Shown: piece after piece, positions 9,824 through 19,347 of the stretch | Numbering within the stretch: the first letter of the stretch is position 1 | Layout: each line of letters starts with the position of its first letter | From: Bacillota bacterium | Lineage (GTDB): Bacteria; Bacillota; Clostridia; Oscillospirales; Ruminococcaceae | Direction: 5' to 3' | DNA length: 64,000 bases | Assembly: GCA_023439835.1 (NCBI GenBank) | Contig: JAEXUW010000013.1 | Coordinates: 22,099-86,098, forward strand | Notes under the pieces: model-generated | What the model was told of the DNA's origin: nothing | The model's database searches: none | Seen by the model: the letters and a program-made list of their open reading frames with translations, nothing else | Program-made: the position numbers and the translations under genes

Positions 9824-11473
9824 TTATTCAATAGAAATGATATAGTAATAAACAGGCTGTCCGCCGTTTACAAGTGCAACCTCAACATGCGAGCCCAGCT
9901 TAGCCTGCATATGGTCACGCAGCTTCTCAGCGTTCTCGTCAGTGACATCGGCGCCGTAAATCACAGTGACAAATGAAGAATCACCCTTGATAAGCCTTTT
10001 TGTGAGCTTGTAAGCCGCCTTAGAAACGTCCTTGTCGGTGAAGCTGAGCTTTCCGTTTTCAAGCGCAATTATTTCGCCCTTTTTAATGTTGTGTCCTTCA
10101 TAATCCGAATCTCTAGCGGCGAAGGTTATCTGACCGGTCGAAACCTTTTCAAACGCCTTTGTCATGGCAATTCTGTTCTGACTTAAATCGGCGTCAGCGT
10201 CGAATGCGAGCATAGCCGCCATACCCTGGGGAATGGTTCTGGTCTGAAGCACACATACGTTTCTGTCGGTAAGCCTGACCGCCTGCTCTGCTGCCATTAT
10301 TATATTTTTATTGTTGGGAAGTACAAATATCGTTTCAGCGGGAGCGGCGGAAATAGCGGCAAGAATATCCTCGGTTGAGGGGTTCATTGTCTGACCGCCT
10401 CTTACCACAACATCAACGCCGATATCCTTGAACATTTCCTCTATGCCGTTTCCGGCGGCAACTGAAACAAAGCCAAATTTTTTGGTCGGCTCAGCGGGAA
10501 TAAATTTTTGTTTGGCAAAGCTCTTGGCTTCCTTCGCTTTTTCTTCATGCTGCTCACGCATATTTTCAATTTTAAGATTGATGAGAGAGCCGAACAAAAG
10601 CCCCTCCTCAAGTGCTTTTCCGGGATGGTCTGTGTGAACGTGCACCTTGATAATATCATCGTCCTCAACAACAACGACACAGTCGCCGATTGTTTCAAGA
10701 TATGCTCTTAGTGCTAAAGAGTCCTTTGAATCCTCGGATTTTTTCACGATGAATTCTGTGCAGTAGGTGAAGGTTATTTCCTCGTCGAATTCACCGACGG
10801 TCGCAGAAAAGCTGTCAATTGTGACAGGCTTAGATACAGCGGGAGCCGCGGGAGCAACAATACCCTTTCCTTTGAAAACCTCAAGCATTGCATTGAATAT
10901 TACTACAAGACCTTTTCCGCCGGCATCGACAACACCAGCCTTTTTTAATACGGGAAGAAGGTCGGGAGTTGTTTCGAGAACAGCCTCAGCCTCTGCGCAC
11001 ACCTCACTCCACAAAACGACAGGGTCGTTAGTGGATTTGATTACTTCATGTGCTTTAACCGACGCTAAACGTGCAACCGTCAGAATCGTCCCCTCAGTTG
11101 GCTTCATTACAGCCTTATATGCTGCGTCAACACCAAGCTCAAGAGCGTTGGCGATTTCCTCACAGCCAGCCGTTTTCTTTCCGGCAAGACCTTTTGAAAA
11201 CCCTCTGAACAAAAGCGAAAGAATAACACCCGAATTCCCTCTAGCGCCCCTGAGCATCGCCGATGCGGTGATGTCAGCAACCTGAGAAACGGTTACGTTA
11301 TTGTCAAGCCTATCAAGCTCACGCAGTGCGGCGCTGATTGTCATTGACATATTTGTTCCCGTATCGCCGTCCGGCACAGGATATACATTTAATTCATCAA
11401 CCGCTCTTTTGTTGTTAGCAATTGAATTTGCCCCGGATATAAAAGCATCCCGAAGCATACTCCCCTTTATCAC
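9824..11473 (-). CDS. yloV: DAK2 domain fusion protein YloV
   Basis: 549 aa; DAK2/DhaL-like N-terminus (DGDTGTNM) plus DegV-like C-terminal domain; GTG start with GGGGGAG RBS; conserved synteny asp23-yloV-recG. Confidence 0.88.
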   Translation of the reverse strand: MIKGSMLRDAFISGANSIANNKRAVDELNVYPVPDGDTGTNMSMTISAALRELDRLDNNVTVSQVADITASAMLRGARGNSGVILSLLFRGFSKGLAGKKTAGCEEIANALELGVDAAYKAVMKPTEGTILTVARLASVKAHEVIKSTNDPVVLWSEVCAEAEAVLETTPDLLPVLKKAGVVDAGGKGLVVIFNAMLEVFKGKGIVAPAAPAVSKPVTIDSFSATVGEFDEEITFTYCTEFIVKKSEDSKDSLALRAYLETIGDCVVVVEDDDIIKVHVHTDHPGKALEEGLLFGSLINLKIENMREQHEEKAKEAKSFAKQKFIPAEPTKKFGFVSVAAGNGIEEMFKDIGVDVVVRGGQTMNPSTEDILAAISAAPAETIFVLPNNKNIIMAAEQAVRLTDRNVCVLQTRTIPQGMAAMLAFDADADLSQNRIAMTKAFEKVSTGQITFAARDSDYEGHNIKKGEIIALENGKLSFTDKDVSKAAYKLTKRLIKGDSSFVTVIYGADVTDENAEKLRDHMQAKLGSHVEVALVNGGQPVYYYIISIE

Positions 11474-11488
11474 AAAAGCTCCCCCTCG

Positions 11489-11848
11489 TTATGACTTCAT
11501 TCCGTCAACAAAGACGTTTACCTTCAAAACAGCCAAATCGGTCGCTTCTGTTACGGTATAACGAACCTTATTGACTATGCTGTCAACAACCGCAGAAATA
11601 TTGACACCATACAAAACGGTAATATGCAAGTCAATTATAATTTTATCCTTGATTTGGCGTATTATTACCCCTTTGTCAATGGGGTTGCTCTTTTTTAAAA
11701 AAAGACGGATACCCTGCTTCGGCCCGAACGCATTCATCTGAACAACCCCGAAGCACGATGTGACGGTGTGGCCAATTAATGCCGTAAGGTATTCATTTGA
11801 AATATCAATTGCACCTAAATGATTCTCAACCTTTATCAAAGCAAGCAC
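11489..11848 (-). CDS. Asp23/Gls24 family envelope stress (alkaline shock) protein
   Basis: 119 aa; Asp23-family sequence; immediately upstream of yloV. Confidence 0.85.
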   Translation of the reverse strand: MLALIKVENHLGAIDISNEYLTALIGHTVTSCFGVVQMNAFGPKQGIRLFLKKSNPIDKGVIIRQIKDKIIIDLHITVLYGVNISAVVDSIVNKVRYTVTEATDLAVLKVNVFVDGMKS

Positions 11849-11983
11849 TCCCTTTAATACGCTTTTTTATTATTTTATCATATTACTAAATATATTTCAA
11901 TAGTCAGACATGCTTTAAAGTCAATTCAAGGTTGATTTAATCAGGAAAATGTGGTACTATTTTTTTAAGGAGCAGTGATTTAT

Positions 11984-12148
11984 ATGGATGAAAGAAACCA
12001 CACAGAGCCTCAAAACACCAACAAACCGAAAAAGAAAATCAGAAGCTTGAGCCGAAAAGCGTTGATTAGGCTTGTTATTACATGGATAGCGGCAATATTG
12101 TCAGTGGTGGTGCTTGTTCTTTATTATAAAAACATTTATAACACCTGA
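11984..12148 (+). CDS. Small hypothetical membrane protein (54 aa, not in ORF track)
   Basis: ATG preceded by AAGGAG; MDERNHTEPQNTNKPKKKIRSLSRKALIRLVITWIAAILSVVVLVLYYKNIYNT (basic N-terminus plus one TM helix); own terminator at 12226-12260. Confidence 0.4.
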   Translation: MDERNHTEPQNTNKPKKKIRSLSRKALIRLVITWIAAILSVVVLVLYYKNIYNT

Positions 12149-12225
12149 TGATAAATAATACAAGTCAATTTTTAAAGCATCAAGCGGCACTTAATTTATA
12201 ATAAAAGTATTTTAGTGTCTTTTAA

Positions 12226-12260
12226 ATATAACCTCTTCGTAATTTTCGGGGAGGTTTTTT
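12226..12260 (+). terminator. Rho-independent terminator
   Basis: aacctcttcg...cggggaggtt stem followed by T6. Confidence 0.55.
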
Positions 12261-12308
12261 GTATTTTTCTGCCCTGAATGCAAATTATAACATTCGGGGG
12301 ATGATTAT

Positions 12309-12986
12309 ATGCTAATAGTGTTTTTCAGAGCGATAATTTTATACATGATTATTATTTTTGCGATACGACTGATGGGGAAAAGACAGCTTGGTGAGCTTCA
12401 GCCGTCAGAGCTTGTGGTGACCATACTCGTTTCAAATGTCGCTACTCTTCCCATTGAGGATGTAAATATACCGATGCTCATGGGAATTGTCCCGATTTTA
12501 ACAATAGTTTGCCTTGACGTTTTTATGTCAGGGCTTAGTCTAAAATCAATACGGATAAGACGCTTGGTTTCAGGTTCGCCTAAAATCGTGATTAAAAGCG
12601 GGGTGATCGACCAAAAGGTGTTGAGAGAGCTTCGCTTTTCGGTGGACGATCTCATGGAGTCGCTTCGCTCACTTGAAATATTTGATATAAGCGACGTGCA
12701 GTTTGCTGTTGTTGAAACGACCGGAAGCGTCAGCGTTTATCAAAAAGCGGAAAAGCAGCAGGCAACCGCCGAAATGCTTGGTATAAAGAATAAATCACGA
12801 AATCCGCCTTTGATTATTATCGACGACGGAAAGCTGGTCGCTAACGCACTTGATAGTATCGGAATGGGCACAGGCTGGTTAAACGGTGTTTTATCGGACA
12901 GAGGCGTTACGGTAAACGACGTTTTTCTTCTCACCGCCGATGAGACCGGCGCCTTTTATTTAATCAAAAAGGAGCAACAGAAGTGA
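12309..12986 (+). CDS. DUF421 (YetF-family) membrane protein
   Basis: 225 aa; N-terminal TM helices plus YetF C-terminal domain; typical of spore-forming Firmicutes; overlaps the next gene by 4 nt. Confidence 0.8.
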   Translation: MLIVFFRAIILYMIIIFAIRLMGKRQLGELQPSELVVTILVSNVATLPIEDVNIPMLMGIVPILTIVCLDVFMSGLSLKSIRIRRLVSGSPKIVIKSGVIDQKVLRELRFSVDDLMESLRSLEIFDISDVQFAVVETTGSVSVYQKAEKQQATAEMLGIKNKSRNPPLIIIDDGKLVANALDSIGMGTGWLNGVLSDRGVTVNDVFLLTADETGAFYLIKKEQQK

Positions 12987-13360
12987 AGAGAGTTGTAATA
13001 TGCGCAGCTATAATATCGGTTATCATACTGTCATCAATAGGCTCGCTTTTTATACTGAAAACACAGAATGAAAAAATCATCGAATATGTTGACGAGGCTA
13101 TTTTGTTGTGGAAAAAAAACGAAACCGGGGAAGCCCTCGAAAAAATAGATGAGCTCAACCGGTTTTGGCAAAAATATTATATTCGAATTTCTTTCATAGT
13201 TCAAAATGATAAAATGGAGAATATAAACACCTCAGTGGCGAAGCTTAAGCCGCTTGTTATCACGGGAAACGAGGAGTTCTATGCGGAATGTGAAAACATA
13301 AAGCTGCTGCTTGAAATGATATATGATAGTCAGTTTCCGTATCTTCACAGTATAATTTAA
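12983..13360 (+). CDS. DUF4363 family protein (usual partner of DUF421)
   Basis: 125 aa, single N-terminal TM helix; translationally coupled to DUF421 gene. Confidence 0.65.
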   Translation: MKRVVICAAIISVIILSSIGSLFILKTQNEKIIEYVDEAILLWKKNETGEALEKIDELNRFWQKYYIRISFIVQNDKMENINTSVAKLKPLVITGNEEFYAECENIKLLLEMIYDSQFPYLHSII

Positions 13361-13812
13361 TTGTTTTTTTCGCTAAGTTCAGAAATAATACTAATGAAGC
13401 TGTCAACGTCTGAAAAGTCCTTATAAACAGAGGCGAATCTAACATAAGCGACGAGGTCAAGCTTCTTTAACTCGGAAAGAATCTTGTCGCCGATTTCGAC
13501 GGTTGTTGCCTGAGTTTTCATCTCGTTGGCGTAGGTGTTTTCAATATTATCGACAAGCGTATTAACATCATCAAGGCTGATAGGTCGCTTTTTTATTGCT
13601 GATAAAATACCGGCAATAAGCTTCATTCTATCGAAGGGCTCAAAGCTCCCGTCACGTTTAAAAACCATTAGCATTGGCTTTTCAACTATTTCATAGGTGG
13701 TGAATCTTCGCTGGCAATTCGTGCATTCACGGCGCCTGCGCTTTTTCTCCTCGCTTGGGCGTGAATCGATTACTTTTGTATCCTCAAAGCCGCAAAACGG
13801 ACATTTCATGGG
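13357..13812 (-). CDS. nrdR: Transcriptional repressor NrdR
   Basis: MKCPFCGFEDTKVIDSRPSEEKKRRRRECTNCQRRFTTYE zinc ribbon plus ATP-cone; RBS GGGGGAG before the MKCPFCG start (the longer ORF-track start at 13881 is unlikely). Confidence 0.9.
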   Translation of the reverse strand, partial: PMKCPFCGFEDTKVIDSRPSEEKKRRRRECTNCQRRFTTYEIVEKPMLMVFKRDGSFEPFDRMKLIAGILSAIKKRPISLDDVNTLVDNIENTYANEMKTQATTVEIGDKILSELKKLDLVAYVRFASVYKDFSDVDSFISIISELSEKNN

Positions 13813-13883
13813 TGCTCCCCCTTTTAATAAGCTGATATAATCTTTGATAATCAGTTTATCACAAAAAGTGCCTGTTTGCAAGC

Positions 13884-14231
13884 TTACATATGCTTTCCTA
13901 CAATAAAATCTTCTGTTATATCACGCAGACTTATCGGCGTGACCAAATTATCACACAAGAGGTCAAAAAGCTCCTTAGCGTACTCGTACTTTGTTGTAAT
14001 ACCCGTGATTTTCTCGCTTTCACTGTTTCCGAAAAGTGAGCTTTTAATTTCGATACCGTAGCATGGGACGACGCTGTCATCGATTTCACATTCGTTTTGA
14101 ATTAAACGATATGTAATGCGACCGTTTGCCAGAGTTTCAGAAATAATCTCCCTTTCGCCGTTGTTAGAGGAAACCGTGATAGGTTTCTCAAAAATTGCTG
14201 TGATTTTTTCTGCTGCAGACAATTTCAACAC
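13884..14231 (-). CDS. Hypothetical protein
   Basis: 115 aa ORF, acidic, no recognisable motifs; upstream of nrdR in the same orientation. Confidence 0.45.
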   Translation of the reverse strand: MLKLSAAEKITAIFEKPITVSSNNGEREIISETLANGRITYRLIQNECEIDDSVVPCYGIEIKSSLFGNSESEKITGITTKYEYAKELFDLLCDNLVTPISLRDITEDFIVGKHM

Positions 14232-14397
14232 ATCCTTATCAGTATTTGGTAATTAAATTATTACACAAAATTCCTAATAAAGGAATAGTAAATTATCGCA
14301 GTATGTTTTAGCATTCGACAAATTATTAGTAAGATATAATGACACATACAGACATATTTTATACATAATTACCTATTCGAAAAAAATTCGTCAGACC

Positions 14398-15189
14398 TTA
14401 CAAATGTTCATGAATGATATCTCTAAAATAGGCTAAATTACGAGATAAATCGTCATATTCTTTATAGCAATGCGAATACAGCTCCAAAATTATACTTCCT
14501 GTATATGAATAATTATTTAATTCTTTAACGAAATTAACGAAATCTAACTTTCCTTCACCGACTAAAAGACAGTCGCCTTTATCGCCGTAATCGCTTATAT
14601 GTATATGCGAAATATTTTTCCCGACGGCATGAAGAAAATCATAGGGGTCATAACCGCGTCTGACAGCCTGCTTTGTGTCAAAGACAATTTTCGCCTCATC
14701 GCCAAGCTGCTCTATCATTTTTTTAAGAAACTCAAGACTCCCGCCTGTACAGCGAGCAACGTTTTCCTGAGCGACGGTGACACCAAATTCACAGCCAAGC
14801 TGATACAATTTTTGATATCTTTCAAAATAAAGCTCATCAGGGAAGTTATTAACATCCTTGTTACCATGAAAAACGAAGATTTTTGCGCCGAGTTTATTCA
14901 TGATTTCAAAATACTTTTTGTAATAGTCTAAAATGTCAAAAAATCGGCGTGGATATTGTGTAAAAAACATAAGAGGTTCAATGCCACAGGTGTATGGGTG
15001 AATTGACGAAACATTCATTCCGTGGCTGTCGAGGATGATTTTCAGCTCGTCAATAAAGGGATTCTTCAGCTCACAGTCACTGTTCAAAAATATTTCGACA
15101 AGGTCAACGCCTCTGACGGCAAGCTCATACAGAGCCTCCTCAGTATATTTAGGGTAAAGGCTTGCGGTTGAAACGCCGGCGGTAATCAT
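14398..15189 (-). CDS. Sugar phosphate isomerase/epimerase (xylose isomerase-like TIM barrel) family protein
   Basis: 263 aa; AP-endonuclease-2/TIM-barrel pattern (metal-binding E/D/H residues; HISD, ELY motifs). Confidence 0.75.
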   Translation of the reverse strand: MITAGVSTASLYPKYTEEALYELAVRGVDLVEIFLNSDCELKNPFIDELKIILDSHGMNVSSIHPYTCGIEPLMFFTQYPRRFFDILDYYKKYFEIMNKLGAKIFVFHGNKDVNNFPDELYFERYQKLYQLGCEFGVTVAQENVARCTGGSLEFLKKMIEQLGDEAKIVFDTKQAVRRGYDPYDFLHAVGKNISHIHISDYGDKGDCLLVGEGKLDFVNFVKELNNYSYTGSIILELYSHCYKEYDDLSRNLAYFRDIIHEHL

Positions 15190-15293
15190 AAAAGGCTCCT
15201 TTCGTGAGCAGATATTATTAACTAATTATACAGTTGAAAGTGAAGAAAGTCAAATGAAAAAGGCCCCCCGAAAAGAAGCGGAGAGCCGTTTTG

Positions 15294-16238
15294 CTAAATA
15301 TCAAGCTGAGCAATAATTTCCTTTAAAAGCGATGCCGAATTTTCAAGCTTAGCTTGCTCGTCGCAGTCAAGCGGAATGTCAAGCACCTTTTCAACGCCGT
15401 TGCTTCCGACTATTGCGGGGATTCCCATATAAACGTCGCTCAAGCCGTAGTGATTATCGACAAGACAGGAAACAGGCAGGACGGAATGCTGATTTTTCAC
15501 AATGCACTGTGCAATTCTAGTCACCGCCATTGCGATAGCATAATAGGTCGCGCCCTTTCTTTTGATAATTTCATATGCACTGTCACGAACGTTTGAATAT
15601 ATTCCATGAAGGTCACGCTCTGAGCATTTTCCGTCAATAGAACAGCAAAACCCGTCGAGGTCTATTCCGGACACGTTCGCACTGCTCCATACCGGAAGCT
15701 CACTGTCGCCATGCTCGCCGATAATGAAAGCGTGAACACTCCTGCTGTCTACGCCGAGATGCCCGCCCAGAAGGTATTTTAGTCTTGCTGTATCAAGCAC
15801 AGTTCCCGAGCCTAAAACTCTGTTAGACGGAAAGCCCGAAACCTTTTTAGCCACATAGGTCAGAATATCCACAGGGTTTGACACAACTAAAATAATTCCC
15901 TCGTTGTTGTATTTAATAAACTCGCTTACGATTCCTTTTGTAATTTTTGAATTTTGCTTAACAAGGTCAAGCCTTGTCTGGTCGGGCTTTTGCCCCCCGC
16001 CGGCGGCAATGATTGTCAGATAACAGTCATGAAGGTCAGAATAAGTGCCGGCATATATGTTCATGGGTGAGGCGAAAGGAAGCCCGTGGTTTAAATCCAT
16101 TGCCTCTCCTACTGCTTTCTCGTGGTCATAATCGAGAAGAACCATTTCTGAGAAAAGCCCGCTTTGAACAAGTGAAAAGGCACAGGTTGCACCGACATAG
16201 CCGCATCCGATAATTGCACATTTTTGAATATTAATCAT
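15294..16238 (-). CDS. ldh: L-lactate dehydrogenase
   Basis: NAD-binding IIGCGYVGATCAF, catalytic region GEHGDS; RBS GGAAG before MINIQKC (the ORF-track start at 16274 adds 12 aa). Confidence 0.9.
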   Translation of the reverse strand: MINIQKCAIIGCGYVGATCAFSLVQSGLFSEMVLLDYDHEKAVGEAMDLNHGLPFASPMNIYAGTYSDLHDCYLTIIAAGGGQKPDQTRLDLVKQNSKITKGIVSEFIKYNNEGIILVVSNPVDILTYVAKKVSGFPSNRVLGSGTVLDTARLKYLLGGHLGVDSRSVHAFIIGEHGDSELPVWSSANVSGIDLDGFCCSIDGKCSERDLHGIYSNVRDSAYEIIKRKGATYYAIAMAVTRIAQCIVKNQHSVLPVSCLVDNHYGLSDVYMGIPAIVGSNGVEKVLDIPLDCDEQAKLENSASLLKEIIAQLDI

Positions 16239-16346
16239 TTTACGCACTTCCTTTTCTATTAATCTATTTTTCACTCAAAAACAAGAATAATTCTAATTTT
16301 TATTTGGAATTGTATACTAAAATAATATCATATTAATTACCGAAAT

Positions 16347-17093
16347 TCAATCCGCCTGAACATTAAAAGGACAGCTTTTTGTGAAATAATTTATTCCCGC
16401 CTTTAAAGCCTGTGAGTGCTGAAGCTTTCTTTCAATGCGGTAAAGCCTGTTTCCCTTTTTAAAAAGAGCGCCTGTTTGTTTGAAGCGAAAGCTGACGCCG
16501 CTTTTTATACATTGGTTACGCAAAGATAAAATCCATGAATAATCGCACATTCGTGCCTCGTCGCCTGATTCACCCCCAGCAACAACCATTTCAATTTTCG
16601 GTGACAGATAGGGCGAAAGGTCAATGTGAGAAAGAAGAGGCTCACACACAATCATCTTGTGCTTTATCGGCGCTTTAATAAATATTGGAAGCCGAAAATC
16701 CGCCCTGTCCTGATTTTCGACGGTACAGCAAATAGTTACATTTTCATAGCCCTCGCCCCAGTCTTGAGGGACACATTCTAAAAAGCGATGAATTCTTTTA
16801 GTAATAATGAGAAACCTAAGGTCAGAGCGGCGCTTAATCATCTGCCATGCTTCGTCACGCCACTGGTCGCCCTCTTCAACAAAAAAGTCAGAGGTGAAGC
16901 AGGTATATACGTAGTCGTCGGTCATCAGCTTATAAAAACCATACCTGTCCTTTCTGACGGGGAGGTCGAAGCAGGAGTTTTTTGTGACAACAAAGCTAGG
17001 CTTGCCGTGTTTTTTGTCAGTGCGATAAACATAGCAGTTTTCGCAGCCGGCACTGATTTTATGACAGCCATGCCATAGATTCCACATTGCCAT
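16347..17093 (-). CDS. Phage Gp37/Gp68 family (DUF5131) protein, orphan
   Basis: N-terminal WNLWHGCHKISAGCENCY signature (Cys cluster) characteristic of PF07505; no other phage genes nearby; start could be 17132 (longer) or 17093. Confidence 0.65.
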   Translation of the reverse strand: MAMWNLWHGCHKISAGCENCYVYRTDKKHGKPSFVVTKNSCFDLPVRKDRYGFYKLMTDDYVYTCFTSDFFVEEGDQWRDEAWQMIKRRSDLRFLIITKRIHRFLECVPQDWGEGYENVTICCTVENQDRADFRLPIFIKAPIKHKMIVCEPLLSHIDLSPYLSPKIEMVVAGGESGDEARMCDYSWILSLRNQCIKSGVSFRFKQTGALFKKGNRLYRIERKLQHSQALKAGINYFTKSCPFNVQAD

Positions 17094-17304
17094 AATGTTA
17101 CCCCACTTCTTTTTGATAAAATTATACAGCAAAAATCAGAGAATTTCAATATCAAAAAGAATAAATGTTCGGATTTTTAAAACAACAGCAATGCACATCC
17201 GTCAATATACACAAGAAAATCATAAAAGTTTGTAATATTGTATGAATTTACGCTAAGGGTATTGCAATCTCAAAATAATTGATGTAAGATGAAATTGTAA
17301 TAAA

Positions 17305-17328
17305 GAACAGCGTTCTGAAATACAGAAC
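17305..17328 (+). promoter_or_regulatory. Operator copy A (GAACAGCGTTCTGAAATACAGAAC), about 20 nt upstream of the iclR start
   Basis: Composite palindrome GAAC-N3-GTTC overlapping GTTCT-N7-AGAAC; two further copies downstream of iclR. Confidence 0.55.
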
Positions 17329-17346
17329 GCAGAACGAGGCGGCTCG

Positions 17347-18099
17347 ATGGAAGATAAAATAAAAGTTAAGTCTTTAAAAAAAGCGCTTGACATTCTCGAA
17401 TGCTTTTCGATGGAGAAATCCGAGCTTGGAATAACCGAAATCAGCTTGATGCTTGACCTTAATAAAAGCAACGTTCATAATATAATAACAACCTTTGAGG
17501 AATGCGGCTATATCGAACATAATAAAGAAAACGGAAAATATCGGCTTGGGCTAAAAATTCTTCAGCTGTCGCACATAGTTTCAAGGAGCATGAGCTTTCA
17601 GAGTATTATCAGAAAAAGCGTCAGTGCACTTTCAAAAGAGATTGATGAGATTGTTTATTTTGGTATTCCCGACGGTGAAAGCGTAATGTATATGGACGCT
17701 GAGTTCCCCGAAAGAGCATTTAACATCCGCTGGGTTCAGGGAATGACAGCACCTCTCGTCTGCACCTCTATCGGGAAGGCGATGCTCGCATATATGGACA
17801 GTGATTTTGTCAATGAAGTATTAAAAAAGCCGCTTGTCAGATACACCGAGGATACAATAATTGAGCCTGATAAAATGCGGGAAGAGCTTTTGAGGACGAG
17901 GGAAAGAGGCTTCAGCCTTGATCTTATGGAGCATGAGTATGGTGTGAAATGCGTGGGCGTTCCAGTTTTTGACCATAACAACAGGCTTATCGGCGCACTC
18001 AGCACAACAGGGCCTTCACTCAGGTTTTCTGATGATAAGCTTGAATTGTTTGCAAAGCTTTTGAAAAACAAGGCGAAGGAAATTCAACAGACTATATAA
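17347..18099 (+). CDS. IclR family transcriptional regulator
   Basis: 250 aa; N-terminal wHTH (LKKALDILECF...GITEISLMLDLNKSNVHNII) plus C-terminal IclR effector domain. Confidence 0.9.
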   Translation: MEDKIKVKSLKKALDILECFSMEKSELGITEISLMLDLNKSNVHNIITTFEECGYIEHNKENGKYRLGLKILQLSHIVSRSMSFQSIIRKSVSALSKEIDEIVYFGIPDGESVMYMDAEFPERAFNIRWVQGMTAPLVCTSIGKAMLAYMDSDFVNEVLKKPLVRYTEDTIIEPDKMREELLRTRERGFSLDLMEHEYGVKCVGVPVFDHNNRLIGALSTTGPSLRFSDDKLELFAKLLKNKAKEIQQTI

Positions 18100-18141
18100 T
18101 ATGCGGAGGGTTTACCCTCCAAATATATTAACGCTAATTCT

Positions 18142-18165
18142 GAACAGCGTTCTATAATACAGAAC
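18142..18165 (+). promoter_or_regulatory. Operator copy B (GAACAGCGTTCTATAATACAGAAC) with embedded TATAAT -10 element
   Basis: Same 24-bp motif as copy A; located in the iclR-BNR intergenic region. Confidence 0.55.
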
Positions 18166-18197
18166 GAAGCTTCTCAATATTTTTTAATTAATATCAA

Positions 18198-18221
18198 GAA
18201 CGATGTTCTATAATACAGAAC
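18198..18221 (+). promoter_or_regulatory. Operator copy C (GAACGATGTTCTATAATACAGAAC) with embedded TATAAT
   Basis: Third copy, 56 bp after copy B, about 65 nt upstream of the BNR-protein start codon. Confidence 0.55.
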
Positions 18222-18288
18222 AATTATGAAATATATAACAAATATAAATTCGCAAAATAATCAGATAATATTAGACAGGGGGATGAAA

Positions 18289-19287
18289 ATGCATCAGAAA
18301 AATTTTGTGATGAAGAAATGCCCGACTTCAATGTGCCACGCCTCAACGCTTTTGAAAACAAAGGACGGTATACTTTGCGCTTGGTTCGGCGGTTCAAAAG
18401 AGGGGAAACCAGACGTCGGAATCTGGCTGTCGTCAAACAAAGACGGAATTTGGAGCGAACCGGTTTTGTTTTCTCATGAAAATGAGGCACACTGGAACCC
18501 GGTGCTTTTCAGAACAGACACAAGCGAGATATATCTGTTTTATAAAATCGGCGAAAAAATTGACAGCTGGCGCACAATGCTTTCACACTCAAGCGACGAT
18601 GGCAAAACATGGTCAGCCCCGCATGAGCTTGTAAGTGGTGACAGAGGCGGACGAGGTCCTGTAAGAAACAAGCCGATTAGACTTTCTAGCGGAAGAATTC
18701 TGGCGCCGGCTTCATTAGAGGACGGAATATGGAGTGCCTTCGCAGATATCTCAGACGACGGGGGAAAAACATGGCGCAAAAGCGGTGAGGTTGTCATTGA
18801 GAATTTAACGGCAAGCAAAACGGAGAAAACAGTTTCTGAAAGTTCAATCCCTGTCAGCGAGCAGAGCTTTTATGGAAGAGGTGTAATTCAGCCGACATTG
18901 TGGGAAAGCTCACAGGGGAAAGCTCACATGCTTTTGAGAAGCACAGAGGGACGTATTTACAGAAGTGATTCATCAGATAATGGCGAAAGCTGGACATATG
19001 CATATCCGACGAATCTTCCAAACAATAACAGTGGCATTGATCTTGTGAGGCTTAAAAACGGTGATTTATATCTCGTTTCAAACCCTGTCGGTGAAAACTG
19101 GGGGAAAAGAAGCCCCATATCGCTTGATGTTTCAAAAGACAACGGGGCAACGTGGGAGCGTGTTTGTGACCTAGACAGCGGCGACGGCGAGTTTTCATAT
19201 CCCGCGATAATAACAGATGAGGAAAGACTTTATATAAGCTATACTTTTAAACGTGAGAATATTGCGTTTCACGAAATTATTCTTTAA
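18289..19287 (+). CDS. BNR/Asp-box repeat sialidase-like (exo-alpha-sialidase superfamily) protein, no signal peptide
   Basis: Four Asp-box repeats (SDDGKTWS, SDDGGKTWR, SDNGESWT, SKDNGATWE); start taken at MHQKNF (AGGGGG RBS, spacing 6), since the ORF-track start 18226 lies inside the operator/promoter. Confidence 0.75.
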   Translation: MHQKNFVMKKCPTSMCHASTLLKTKDGILCAWFGGSKEGKPDVGIWLSSNKDGIWSEPVLFSHENEAHWNPVLFRTDTSEIYLFYKIGEKIDSWRTMLSHSSDDGKTWSAPHELVSGDRGGRGPVRNKPIRLSSGRILAPASLEDGIWSAFADISDDGGKTWRKSGEVVIENLTASKTEKTVSESSIPVSEQSFYGRGVIQPTLWESSQGKAHMLLRSTEGRIYRSDSSDNGESWTYAYPTNLPNNNSGIDLVRLKNGDLYLVSNPVGENWGKRSPISLDVSKDNGATWERVCDLDSGDGEFSYPAIITDEERLYISYTFKRENIAFHEIIL

Positions 19288-19347
19288 GCTTCGACAAGTA
19301 TTCAGGTAACACGACAAAATATGTTATAATATATAGGAGGACAATAA

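Noticed and set aside
10428-11285. Plus-strand ORFs antisense to yloV (up to 172 aa)
   Set aside because: Nested antisense in a conserved gene; biased Ser/Thr/Ala composition typical of antisense frames.
18226-18288. ORF-track start of BNR protein at 18226 (MKYITNINSQ...)
   Set aside because: That ATG lies within or adjacent to operator copy C and the embedded -10 element and has no RBS; the ATG at 18289 with AGGGGG RBS is more plausible.
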